This document shows, one piece after another, positions 28,119 to 36,647 of a stretch of 64,000 nt of DNA. The position numbers were made by a program, and so were the translations under genes. Origin of the DNA: Acutalibacteraceae bacterium (GTDB taxonomy: Bacteria > Bacillota > Clostridia > Oscillospirales > Acutalibacteraceae); contig JAZLAJ010000048.1 of NCBI GenBank assembly GCA_045613145.1, positions 9,858-73,857 on the forward strand. The letters are read 5' to 3'. How positions within the stretch are numbered: the first letter of the stretch is position 1; every line of letters starts with the position of its first letter. A model generated the notes under the pieces. It had not been told where the DNA came from. It ran no database searches and worked only from the letters and a program-made list of their open reading frames with translations.

Positions 28119-28877
28119 ATGAAAAACTATCTTATATATCCCTGTAAGACAATGAGAATCACTCAGAGCTACACGGGTACTACCTCACATCTTCCTCACA
28201 CTACAGGAAAGCCTGAGGATTATCCCATCGATGAAGGCTGCAGTGACACAGGCAGAGACTGGATTTACTGCCCCTGTGACGGAATGAAGATAAAGCGTAT
28301 CTACGGTGTCGGTACCGGCGGAACTAATACCCTATGGCTCGAAAGCACAGAAAAGGTTATCTTTGCTGACGGCAAGAAGGAATACTGCACTCTTCTCATC
28401 ACCCACCCCGACGATGCCGACCTTAAAAAGCTGAAGACAGGACAAATTTTCACCCGTAAAGAGAAAATCTGCCGTGAGGGTAAGGACGGAGCCTCAGCCT
28501 ACCATCTTCACATCTCAGCAGGCAAGGGTAAATTCAAAGGTAACGGCTGGACACGGAACAGCAAGGGTAAATATGTGCTTACCACCACAGGCGGGGCATT
28601 CAGACCTGAGAAACTTTTTTACATCGACGAAGCCTTCACTGATATTATCAGCACAAAAGGTCTCACCTTCAAAAAGATGCCTGTTTATACCGTAGGTGCT
28701 TATAAAGTAAACACTGCCGTTCTCAATGTCAGAAAAACGGCAGATGCTGATTCTGAAAAGGTCGGCACTCTCTTCAAGGGAAAGAAAATCACCGTAGACA
28801 AGGTAATCGGTGACCGGGGCAGAATCGGAAAGTACCGCTGGGTATGTCTCGATTACTGCAAGAAGGTGACGGAATGA
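28119..28877 (+). CDS. putative cell-wall metallopeptidase (HxH, LAS/M23-like) with C-terminal SH3b-like domain
   Basis: The ATG at 28119 follows AAAGGAG. It has the motifs SHLPHTTGKPEDYPID and GASAYHLHIS and an SH3b-like YKVNTAVLNVRKTADADSEKVGTLFKGKKITV. The track start at 28038 would read through the terminator. Confidence 0.55.
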   Translation: MKNYLIYPCKTMRITQSYTGTTSHLPHTTGKPEDYPIDEGCSDTGRDWIYCPCDGMKIKRIYGVGTGGTNTLWLESTEKVIFADGKKEYCTLLITHPDDADLKKLKTGQIFTRKEKICREGKDGASAYHLHISAGKGKFKGNGWTRNSKGKYVLTTTGGAFRPEKLFYIDEAFTDIISTKGLTFKKMPVYTVGAYKVNTAVLNVRKTADADSEKVGTLFKGKKITVDKVIGDRGRIGKYRWVCLDYCKKVTE

Positions 28878-29122
28878 GTGAAGCAGTCACCGTCGCCGTT
28901 ATCAGTCTTTTCGGCACTCTCGGAGGCAGTCTAATCGGTGTTCTTGCCTCGAACAGACTCACCGTCTACCGTATCGAGCAGCTCGAGAAGAAGGTAGAAA
29001 AGCATAACAACCTGGTCGAGCGCACCTATAAAATCGAAGAAGAACAGGAAGTAGAAAAAGAAAAGCTCAAGGTTATCAATCACAGGCTTGAAGACCTTGA
29101 AGGATTCCACAAGCTTAAATAA
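28874..29122 (+). CDS. small N-terminal-TM plus coiled-coil protein (XhlA/BhlA-like holin-associated)
   Basis: Its ATGA overlaps the lysin stop. The sequence is MSEAVTVAVISLFGTLGGSLIGVLASNRL followed by YRIEQLEKKVEKHNNLVERTYKIEEE...INHRLEDLE. Confidence 0.5.
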   Translation: MSEAVTVAVISLFGTLGGSLIGVLASNRLTVYRIEQLEKKVEKHNNLVERTYKIEEEQEVEKEKLKVINHRLEDLEGFHKLK

Positions 29123-29140
29123 ATGAAAGAAGGATTAATT

Positions 29141-29479
29141 ATGAAAAACATTGATTTAACACCCATCATTGAAGCATTCATCACTCTTATATCCGCAGTT
29201 ATTACTATAGTTATTATCCCTAAGGTAAGAGCTTATCTCAGTGAAAAGCTCTCAGCAGAGCAGAGAGAAAGCCTTAAGCAGTGGGTTAAGGTAGCCGTGG
29301 CTGCTGCGGAACAGCTTTATTCGGGCAAGACAGGTCAGCAGAAGAAGGAATACGTGGTTTCTTTTCTGCTCTCAAAAGGCATCGTAGCAGACATCGACGA
29401 GGTAACCGCACTCATCGAAAGCGAGGTTTACAAACTGTCTTCCGGAGCAAATAACGCTAAAAAAACCGACACAATATAA
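29141..29479 (+). CDS. LL-H-family holin-like protein
   Basis: It has an N-terminal TM (IIEAFITLISAVITIVIIP) followed by WVKVAVAAAEQLYSGKTGQQKKEYVVSFL, which resembles Holin_LLH proteins. Confidence 0.55.
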   Translation: MKNIDLTPIIEAFITLISAVITIVIIPKVRAYLSEKLSAEQRESLKQWVKVAVAAAEQLYSGKTGQQKKEYVVSFLLSKGIVADIDEVTALIESEVYKLSSGANNAKKTDTI

Positions 29480-29570
29480 AAAAGTATCTATTATTCCGTC
29501 ACCTAAAAATCAACAAATTGTTAACTATATTTCGGAAATAACAAGTTTTTGTGTGTTTTTGAATATTTAT

Positions 29571-29599
29571 TTGACATTACAAAAATTAAGTGATAAAAT
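29571..29599 (+). promoter_or_regulatory. promoter of the lipid kinase gene
   Basis: TTGACA, 17-nt spacer, TAAAAT, with a TG extension. Confidence 0.55.
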
Positions 29600-29645
29600 T
29601 AAAAAAATTAATATTTTTTTATATTTAAAAAAAGAAGGTTACACT

Positions 29646-30734
29646 ATGAGCGATAAAAGAAAAAAAGTTCTGCTTATTGTCAACCCCTGTGCAGGCAGAA
29701 CCAAATCAAGAGCAGGCACCTTTGAGATAGTCGATAAGTTCTCAAAAAACGATTACGAATTCACCGTCCGCACCACCACATGTCAGGGCGATGCTACGGC
29801 TATCGTTAAAAGAGAGCTTGATGAGCATGATATGGTAGTTTGCTGCGGCGGTGACGGAACACTCAACGAAACAGTAAACGGTGTAATGGATATGCCCCGC
29901 CGTGTCCCCATCGGATACATTCCCTCAGGCTCTACTAACGACCTTGCCACCACTCTCGGCATCCCCAAGGATATCAATGAAGCAACCGATCTGATTATGA
30001 GCGGTCAGCTTAACGATTATGACGTAGGTCTTTTCAATAACAGATACTTTACATATGTGGCCTCTTTCGGCGCCTTCACACGTTCCTCTTATGCCACAAG
30101 CCAGAAGCTGAAAAATAAATTCGGTTATCTCGCTTACCTTTCAACGGCAGTTCCCGAGGTTTTCAGCATTAAGAACTATAAGCTCAGAATCGAACACGAC
30201 GGCGGTGTAATCGAGGATTACTTCGTATTCGGCGCTATTTCAAACTCCACCTCTGTAGGCGGATTCGTTGATTTCGATACTGATGAAATAAAGCTTAACG
30301 ACGGTGTATTCGAGCTTCTTCTGTGTAAGGGTCTTTCCTTCACAGGTGTAGTTCCTGCTCTTCTTAAGATAAAACAGCGTAAGTTTGACAGCGATCCGCT
30401 TATCTTCCTTCACACTAAAAAGCTCAAGATTACCTGTCTCGAAGGTGAAATGGACTGGACTCTCGACGGTGAATACGGCGGAAAGCATAAAAATGTTATG
30501 GTTCACGTGCTTAACGGTGCCGTACACATCTGCTCCTCAGAAAATCCTCTCTTCGAAAAGCACGAAATCCCCGAATTCACTCCTGCAGCAACCCACAGTG
30601 AAGAAAAGGACGATGTAAAGGAAAAGAAATTTTTTAAAAAGCGCAGAGCGCACAAAACAGAGCTTTCCGAAGTATCGGAGGATACCTCAGAAGCAATCGC
30701 AGAAGACAGCGAAAAAGACGAAACCACTGTCTGA
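29646..30734 (+). CDS. diacylglycerol kinase-family lipid kinase (DagK/YegS/BmrU type)
   Basis: The ATG at 29646 follows GAAGG. It has LLIVNPCAGR and GGDGTLNE motifs and an acidic/Lys-rich C-terminal tail. Confidence 0.85.
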   Translation: MSDKRKKVLLIVNPCAGRTKSRAGTFEIVDKFSKNDYEFTVRTTTCQGDATAIVKRELDEHDMVVCCGGDGTLNETVNGVMDMPRRVPIGYIPSGSTNDLATTLGIPKDINEATDLIMSGQLNDYDVGLFNNRYFTYVASFGAFTRSSYATSQKLKNKFGYLAYLSTAVPEVFSIKNYKLRIEHDGGVIEDYFVFGAISNSTSVGGFVDFDTDEIKLNDGVFELLLCKGLSFTGVVPALLKIKQRKFDSDPLIFLHTKKLKITCLEGEMDWTLDGEYGGKHKNVMVHVLNGAVHICSSENPLFEKHEIPEFTPAATHSEEKDDVKEKKFFKKRRAHKTELSEVSEDTSEAIAEDSEKDETTV

Positions 30735-30873
30735 ACTCCTTTTCGTGAATTATAAAAATCTTCCAGAAGAACTCTTTGTGAAAAAAACTGTTGAAAATAC
30801 ATATACTTTATTGTATAATATTACACGAGTTAAATAAATTCTGTAATTTTGTAAACTATTTTTTAATAAATTG

Positions 30874-30902
30874 TTGACAATAAAAAATTATTAAGGTATA
30901 CT
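30874..30902 (+). promoter_or_regulatory. consensus promoter of micro-ORF P3
   Basis: TTGACA, 17-nt spacer, TATACT. A second TTGAAA-17-TATAAT promoter lies about 85 nt upstream (about 30788-30816). Confidence 0.6.
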
Positions 30903-30942
30903 GTTGGTGTAGACAGATTAAATTCAGTGAGGAGGAACGACT

Positions 30943-31041
30943 TTGGATTTTATGGATTACATCAGAGCTCTTATAAACTTTATAATGAAGTTGGTTGCCC
31001 TCTTCAAAAACGAGGATGCCCCTGAAGAGAACCAGAAATAA
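30943..31041 (+). CDS. micro-protein P3, 32 aa (29 aa from the ATG at 30952), amphipathic helix plus acidic tail
   Basis: GGAGG (30931-30935) lies 7 nt before the TTG at 30943. The peptide is (M)DFMDYIRALINFIMKLVALFKNEDAPEENQK. Confidence 0.5.
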   Translation: MDFMDYIRALINFIMKLVALFKNEDAPEENQK

Positions 31042-31052
31042 TCTGAGAAATT

Positions 31053-31094
31053 AAAGCAGGCTGTTACATAATGTAACAGCCTTTTAATTTTTTT
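31053..31094. terminator. bidirectional terminator
   Basis: Stem aggctgttaca taa tgtaacagcct is followed by a T-run. Confidence 0.75.
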
Positions 31095-32037
31095 ATTTAA
31101 GATTCTCTGAAATATCCATTTTTCCGATAAGCTTATCCAGCTTTTTTTCTATCCTTCCCATACGCATATCCTGAAGTACTTCTGAACGGTAGGTCATAAA
31201 AGCATCCTCGTCATCAGTGGCTATGGTCTGTCTTTCGATAACATAGATGCTGTCCCCGGATTTAACGGCTTTGGCTCTGCCGTGAGTGACTGAGCTTACA
31301 TCGTCGAAAAATCCGTCATCATACATAGGATCGCCCTTTTTCGTCAGCATCACCGAAAGCGGAGAAGTGACGATGATGCCGAGCGAGTCATTATATTCCG
31401 CATTCAGTTCATCGATGGAAGCAGTTCCCTGATTTATGCTTTCTGCCATAGACGAAAAAAGCTTTTCCGTTTCTTTTATCTCTTTATCGGAAAGAGGTAC
31501 GGTTTCACCCTTATCGTTGGTTTTGGTCAATGACCCTTCGATAGCCTTAAAGCCCACATACATATCAACGAATCTTTCTTTAAGATCCATTTCCTTTACC
31601 GGCTCCTTACCTTCCGCACCGTAAAAATAGTCAAGAAGCTGAAGCAGACGGCTTTCGTGAGTCTCTGCTCTGGTAATATCCTGCTTGGTAACACCTATAC
31701 TATTATAATAATCAGAAAAAAGTCCCCAGATACTTTCAGTGTTTTCGGCGGCGAGTCGCTTGAATTCACTTCCGAGAGTAATTTTTTCCTTTTCCATCAG
31801 CTTTATGGCGGCAAGATATTCCTTACAGCACTGCTTTACCGCTTCATTAATACTGTTTTCATCCTCCGCTACAGCAGAATATTCCTCAGGTGAAGCAGAA
31901 ACAGCTGCTTTATAATAATTATAAAGTCCTTCGGTGACTACATGGCTTTCGAAGGTAAAGGGATGCTCCTCTTTACCGCAGGAGGCAAAGGAAAATAAAA
32001 TCAGCATCGCAGAAATAAGAGCAAAAAGCTTTTTCAT
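31093..32037 (-). CDS. lipoprotein, unknown function
   Basis: It has a signal peptide with the lipobox LFSFASC. Confidence 0.7.
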   Translation of the reverse strand: MKKLFALISAMLILFSFASCGKEEHPFTFESHVVTEGLYNYYKAAVSASPEEYSAVAEDENSINEAVKQCCKEYLAAIKLMEKEKITLGSEFKRLAAENTESIWGLFSDYYNSIGVTKQDITRAETHESRLLQLLDYFYGAEGKEPVKEMDLKERFVDMYVGFKAIEGSLTKTNDKGETVPLSDKEIKETEKLFSSMAESINQGTASIDELNAEYNDSLGIIVTSPLSVMLTKKGDPMYDDGFFDDVSSVTHGRAKAVKSGDSIYVIERQTIATDDEDAFMTYRSEVLQDMRMGRIEKKLDKLIGKMDISENLK

Positions 32038-32122
32038 TCAGTATCAGCCTTTCATTTGGTTGTTTTGGTTATTATACACTATTTTTCCCCTCTTGTCTAC
32101 CGAATATTTTAACCGTAAACTA

Positions 32123-32151
32123 TTGACATTACCTTGTTTTACTGATATAAT
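32123..32151 (+). promoter_or_regulatory. promoter of the rpsF operon
   Basis: TTGACA, 17-nt spacer, TATAAT. Confidence 0.7.
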
Positions 32152-32241
32152 CCTTAATTGTCGCAGTATGCAAAGGCATATTACGGCATTCCTTGCTCCG
32201 GACAAGAGCCGGGGCCAGAGACCATAAGGAGGTAAAAAGAC
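32152..32241 (+). promoter_or_regulatory. structured rpsF leader (candidate S6:S18 autoregulatory element)
   Basis: A 90-nt leader with hairpins tatgc/gcata and ctccgg/ccgggg ahead of AAGGAGG. Confidence 0.35.
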
Positions 32242-32532
32242 ATGAACAAATATGAGACTATGTTCGTATTTTCTACTGCAAAGGGTGAAGAAGGCGTAAG
32301 TGCACTTACTGAAAAGTTCAAGGCACTCGTTGAAGCAAACGGCACTCTCGCTTCTGCTGAAGCTTTCGGCAGCAACGGCGGTGTTCGCACACTTGCTTAC
32401 GAAATCAATGACGAAACACAGGGCGCATACATGCTCTTCAACTACGAAGCTGCTACCACTCTTCCTGCTGAAATCGAGCGTATTGCCGGTATCACAGATG
32501 GCGTTCTCCGTGTTCTCACAGTCAGAAAGTAA
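32242..32532 (+). CDS. rpsF: 30S ribosomal protein S6
   Basis: MNKYETMFVF... in the classic rpsF-ssb-rpsR order. Confidence 0.95.
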   Translation: MNKYETMFVFSTAKGEEGVSALTEKFKALVEANGTLASAEAFGSNGGVRTLAYEINDETQGAYMLFNYEAATTLPAEIERIAGITDGVLRVLTVRK

Positions 32533-32544
32533 GGAGGAGCACTC

Positions 32545-32979
32545 ATGCTTAACTGCGTAACACTTATGGGCCGCCTCGTGGCAGACCCTGAACTTCGCAC
32601 CACTACTACAGGAAAGAACGTATGTACTTTCCGTATCGCTGTCGACCGTTCATTCCAGAAACCCGGAGAACAGAGACAGGCAGACTTCATCACCATCGTA
32701 GCATGGGAAAACACTGCAACCTTCGTAAGCAGATACTTCGCTAAAGGTTCTATGATCGCTGTACAGGGCTCTATCCAGACCCGTAATTACCAGGATACAA
32801 ACGGTAATAACAGAACAGCCTTCGAGGTTCTCGCCAGAGAAGTAAGCTTCTGTGGCTCAAAGGCTGAGACCGGAACACAGGCTCCTGCCGTTTCTGCAGC
32901 AGCTCCTGCTCCCGCTTATCAGACTGCAGTTCCCTCTGATTTCGAAGAAATCACAGATGATGATGATTTACCCTTTTAA
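32545..32979 (+). CDS. ssb: single-stranded DNA-binding protein
   Basis: An OB-fold N-terminus and the acidic tail DDDLPF. Confidence 0.95.
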   Translation: MLNCVTLMGRLVADPELRTTTTGKNVCTFRIAVDRSFQKPGEQRQADFITIVAWENTATFVSRYFAKGSMIAVQGSIQTRNYQDTNGNNRTAFEVLAREVSFCGSKAETGTQAPAVSAAAPAPAYQTAVPSDFEEITDDDDLPF

Positions 32980-33006
32980 TTAAAATATTACAGGAGGAAA
33001 ATACTC

Positions 33007-33252
33007 ATGGCATACGAAAAAGGCGCTAATCGCCCCAACAGAAAGTCACGTAAAAAGGTTTGTGCATTCTGCGTAGATAAGGTTGAAGAAATCGACTACA
33101 AGGATGTTCAGAAGCTCCGTAAGTTCACTTCTGACAGAGCTAAGATCCTTCCCCGCAGAGTAACAGGTACCTGCGCTCGTCATCAGCGTGAACTCACCAC
33201 AGCTATCAAGCGTGCACGTCAGGTTGCACTCATGGCTTACACAGCTGACTGA
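33007..33252 (+). CDS. rpsR: 30S ribosomal protein S18
   Basis: [16 protein letters not shown]...[18 protein letters not shown]. Confidence 0.95.
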   Translation: MAYEKGANRPNRKSRKKVCAFCVDKVEEIDYKDVQKLRKFTSDRAKILPRRVTGTCARHQRELTTAIKRARQVALMAYTAD

Positions 33253-33266
33253 TTTTAAAAGTATGG

Positions 33267-33300
33267 ACGGTATGACCGAAAGGTCATACCGTTTTCTTTT
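33267..33300 (+). terminator. intrinsic terminator of the rpsF operon
   Basis: Stem acggtatgacc gaaa ggtcataccgt is followed by a T-run. Confidence 0.8.
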
Positions 33301-33417
33301 TCATATAACAGCTATCTTTCTTTTTATAAAAACCTATTGCAAAAACAAATCAAATGAGTTAAAATCAGTTATAACTATTTATGAAAGGAAGACACCCCCG
33401 GTGTCAGGCTTTTTAAA

Positions 33418-34782
33418 ATGAACATTATTGTGACAGGCTGCGGAAAAATTGGTACTGCTGTAGTGTCCGCCCTCGTAAATGAGGGTCACGATGTTACTGC
33501 CTTAGACGAAAACCCTGCAGTCATTAATGAAATAACCAATGTTTACGATGTGATGGCTGTATGCGGTAACGGTACCGACTGCGAAACTCTCGAAGAAGCG
33601 AGAATAGACTGCTGTGACATCTTCGTAGCAGTTACCGGCTCCGATGAGCTTAATATGCTTTCCTGCTTCATCGCAAAAAAGATGGGTGCAAAGCATACGG
33701 TGGCACGAATCAGAAACCCCGAATATAATGACCGCTCTCTTTCCTTTATGCGTCATCAGCTCGAGCTTTCCCGTTCCATAAACCCCGAACTTATGATGGC
33801 ACAGGAGCTTCACAACCTTCTCAAGCTTCCCTCAGCCTACAAGGTAGAATATTTCTCGGGACGCAATCTCGAAATGATAGAGGTAAGACTGAAAAAAGAC
33901 TCCTCTCTCGCCGGCAAAAAAATCAGCAGAATCCGAGACAGAGAAAAGCAGCATTTTCTTATCGGTGCTGTTTTAAGAGAAAATGAGCTTCACATTCCTG
34001 ACGGTAATTTCGAGCTTCGTGAAGGTGACACAGTAAGCATCATCGCTACTCCCTCTGATATGCAGAAGCTTCTTAAGAGTCTTGATATGATTAAAAAAGC
34101 GGTCAGAGATGTTATGATCATCGGCGGAAGCAAGACAGCCTTTTATCTGGCGAAAATCCTTTCATCTACAGGTACCAATGTAAAAATCATAGAAAAGAAC
34201 AGAGACCATTGTGTAAAGCTCAGCGAGCTTCTGCCAAAAACTGACATCATACACGGAGACGGCTCCCATCACGATGTTCTTATGGAAGAAGGTCTTCGCT
34301 CCATCGATGCCTTCGTGGCACTGACGGGCATGGACGAGGAAAACATCCTCACCTCTCTTTTCGCAGGCGAGTTCAATGTACCTAAGGTAATAACAAAAAT
34401 CAACAGCAACGAGCTGACGAAAATGGGTGAAAAGTTAGGTCTTGACAGTGTCATTTCCTCTAAAAGCATTACTGCAGACATCATTATCCGTTATGCCCGT
34501 GCTCTGGAGAATTCTACGGGAAGCAACATCGAAACTCTGTACAAATTTATGGACGGCAAGGCTGAGGCTATCGAATTCAATGTCAGAGAAGGCTCAAAAA
34601 TCATCGGCATTCCCATTAAAGAGCTTTCGCTTAAGCCGGGTATACTCATCGCAGGAATAATCCGTGAAAGAAAAACCGCTGTAATCCCCACCGGTGACAC
34701 TGTAATCAATGAAGGCAACCGTGTAATCGTTCTTGCTTCGGCATCTCACAGACTCGGTGATTTATCTGATATTCTGAGGTAA
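33418..34782 (+). CDS. trkA: Trk-system potassium uptake protein TrkA (two RCK/NAD-binding modules)
   Basis: MNIIVTGCGKIGTAV and a second IIGGSKTAFYLA Rossmann motif. Confidence 0.9.
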   Translation: MNIIVTGCGKIGTAVVSALVNEGHDVTALDENPAVINEITNVYDVMAVCGNGTDCETLEEARIDCCDIFVAVTGSDELNMLSCFIAKKMGAKHTVARIRNPEYNDRSLSFMRHQLELSRSINPELMMAQELHNLLKLPSAYKVEYFSGRNLEMIEVRLKKDSSLAGKKISRIRDREKQHFLIGAVLRENELHIPDGNFELREGDTVSIIATPSDMQKLLKSLDMIKKAVRDVMIIGGSKTAFYLAKILSSTGTNVKIIEKNRDHCVKLSELLPKTDIIHGDGSHHDVLMEEGLRSIDAFVALTGMDEENILTSLFAGEFNVPKVITKINSNELTKMGEKLGLDSVISSKSITADIIIRYARALENSTGSNIETLYKFMDGKAEAIEFNVREGSKIIGIPIKELSLKPGILIAGIIRERKTAVIPTGDTVINEGNRVIVLASASHRLGDLSDILR

Positions 34783-34787
34783 CGATA

Positions 34788-36230
34788 ATGAACAGACGTA
34801 TGGTTTTATATGTGGTCGGTAAGGTGGTAATGGTGGAAGGCGGTCTTCTGCTTTTACCCCTCGTGACTGCTCTGATTTACAAAGAAGCTGTCGCCTTAAG
34901 TATAAGTATTTCTATTGCGGTAGCATTGATCTCAGGCTTCTTACTTACTAAAATTTTCAAACCCGGACTAAAGACTATTTATGCGAAAGAGGGCTTTGTT
35001 ATAACGGCTCTGTCATGGCTTGCCCTTTCTGCCGTGGGCGCTCTGCCCTTTTTTATCAGCGGAGAAATCCCCTCTTATATCGATGCTTTCTTCGAAACCG
35101 TAAGCGGTCTTACTACCACCGGTGCTTCGATTCTGACAGATGTGGAAAGCATGAGCAAGGGACTTCTTATGTGGCGTTCCTTTACTCATTGGGTAGGCGG
35201 TATGGGTGTTCTCGTTTTCGTTATGGCTATTATACCGTCTCTTTCCGACCGTTCAATCCATCTTCTGCGTGCAGAGGTTCCCGGTCCTGTGGTAGGAAAA
35301 ATCGTTCCGAGAATAAGAGAAACAACCCGTATTCTTTATATTATATACATCGTGCTTACTCTTACTGAGGCTGTTTTCCTTCTTTTCGGCGGAATGAATC
35401 TTTTCGAAGCTCTCGTCCACGCTTTCGCTACGGCGGGTACAGGCGGCTTCGCAATAAAAGCTGACGGACTGGCATCCTACAGCTCTTATCTTCAGTGGGT
35501 AATTACTGTGTTTATGCTTCTTTTCGGTGTTAACTTTAACCTTTATTACCTTATCCTCTTAAAGAAGATAAAATCGGTTTTCAAAAGCAGTGAGCTGTGG
35601 ACTTATATAAGCATAGTCACAGTAGCCGCAGTTATTATCGGCATAAACATTTCAGGTCTTTATGATACTGTGGCAGAAACAGTAAAGCACTCTGTTTTCC
35701 AGGTCGCTTCAGTTATAACAACCACAGGCTTCGCAACCACCGATTTCAACTTATGGCCTAATTTATCAAAGATGATAATCTTTATCCTTATGTTCGTCGG
35801 CGGCTGTGCCGGTTCTACAGCAGGCGGCATAAAAATAGCACGAGTTATGATGTTCACCAAAATATGTAAAACAGAGCTTCAGAGAATGCTCCATCCCAGA
35901 AGCGTTAAAGTAAACCGCTTCGAGGGTAAGGCTCTCGACAGCGGAACTATGGCCTCTGTTAATTCATATCTTACGATTTATGTAATGTTCTTCTTCGTGT
36001 TCCTTTTCGCTGTCGCTTTCAGCGGTGCTGATGTGGACATTACGATTTCAGCTGTAACATCCTGCTTCAATAACATCGGTCCCGCCTTCGGCTTTGCAGG
36101 TCCTATGGGAAGCTACGCTGACTTCCCCCAGTTGACTAAGGTTTTCCTTTCGATGGCTATGCTTTTCGGCAGATTGGAAATCTACCCCGTCATCCTCACT
36201 CTTTCACCCTCCACCTGGGCGAAGAAATAA
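34788..36230 (+). CDS. trkH: TrkH-family potassium transporter
   Basis: A 480-aa polytopic protein with repeated selectivity-filter-like TTTG/GTGG/TTTGF/STAGG segments. Confidence 0.9.
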   Translation: MNRRMVLYVVGKVVMVEGGLLLLPLVTALIYKEAVALSISISIAVALISGFLLTKIFKPGLKTIYAKEGFVITALSWLALSAVGALPFFISGEIPSYIDAFFETVSGLTTTGASILTDVESMSKGLLMWRSFTHWVGGMGVLVFVMAIIPSLSDRSIHLLRAEVPGPVVGKIVPRIRETTRILYIIYIVLTLTEAVFLLFGGMNLFEALVHAFATAGTGGFAIKADGLASYSSYLQWVITVFMLLFGVNFNLYYLILLKKIKSVFKSSELWTYISIVTVAAVIIGINISGLYDTVAETVKHSVFQVASVITTTGFATTDFNLWPNLSKMIIFILMFVGGCAGSTAGGIKIARVMMFTKICKTELQRMLHPRSVKVNRFEGKALDSGTMASVNSYLTIYVMFFFVFLFAVAFSGADVDITISAVTSCFNNIGPAFGFAGPMGSYADFPQLTKVFLSMAMLFGRLEIYPVILTLSPSTWAKK

Positions 36231-36250
36231 AAGCAAACAAGCTATACAGA

Positions 36251-36287
36251 CCACCATAAAAGCATACAGCTTTTATGGTGGTTTTTG
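36251..36287. terminator. terminator after trkH
   Basis: Stem ccaccataaaagc / gcttttatggtgg is followed by tttttg. Confidence 0.8.
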
Positions 36288-36385
36288 TTATAGACTTCAG
36301 ATTTAATGAAAAGCTTTATTTGTCTCACACAGATCAGTCCGAAAAATCAATTCCGTTTTCCTTTTTAGTTTCATATCCCAAGCTG

Positions 36386-36427
36386 ACAAAAACCCGTCGT
36401 ATCAGCCTCAGGCTTTTACAACGGGTT
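36386..36427 (-). terminator. intrinsic terminator of micro-ORF P4
   Basis: Minus strand: aacccgttg...cgacgggtt followed by tttttg. Confidence 0.6.
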
Positions 36428-36448
36428 ATCTTTAAATTATACTCTTAT

Positions 36449-36574
36449 TTAAGCTTCTGCTTCAGGGGTCTCGCCCTCTGCTTCACCCTCACTCTTGCTG
36501 AAAAGAGGTGCAAGATAAGTCATAAGTGCTTCATAAATCTGAATAAGCATTTCAAGAACTTCTCTGATAGACAT
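36449..36574 (-). CDS. micro-protein P4, 41 aa, amphipathic helix plus Glu/Ala/Pro acidic tail
   Basis: On the minus strand AAAGGAG lies 8 nt before the ATG. The peptide is MSIREVLEMLIQIYEALMTYLAPLFSKSEGEAEGETPEAEA. It replaces the implausible plus-strand ORF 36275..36637. Confidence 0.5.
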   Translation of the reverse strand: MSIREVLEMLIQIYEALMTYLAPLFSKSEGEAEGETPEAEA

Positions 36575-36617
36575 AGCGTTTTTACTCCTTTCTTAATGAA
36601 TTTATTTCTCTGTAATT

Positions 36618-36647
36618 ATAATATCACACATTATTAATAAAAGTCAA
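36618..36647 (-). promoter_or_regulatory. promoter of micro-ORF P4, overlapping the pncA-like stop codon
   Basis: Minus strand: TTGACT, 18-nt spacer, TG-n-TATTAT. Confidence 0.5.

Noticed and set aside
33381-33416. An 11-codon uORF (MKGRHPRCQAF) ending 1 nt before the trkA start, together with a small hairpin gacac/gtgtc followed by T5.
   Set aside because: The uORF has no SD of its own and the hairpin is only 5 bp. This is insufficient to claim attenuation or coupling.
33253-33417. A c-di-AMP (ydaO-type) riboswitch upstream of trkA. I also considered one upstream of the yabE-like gene at 27738-27952.
   Set aside because: The leaders are too short and show none of the pseudo-symmetric ACGGGGA/CCGA-type conserved blocks. 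Only simple promoters are visible.
36275-36637. The listed 120-aa plus-strand ORF.
   Set aside because: It has no SD, starts inside the trkH terminator, and gives a low-complexity hydrophobic/basic translation. The minus strand carries a complete promoter, SD, ORF and terminator unit.
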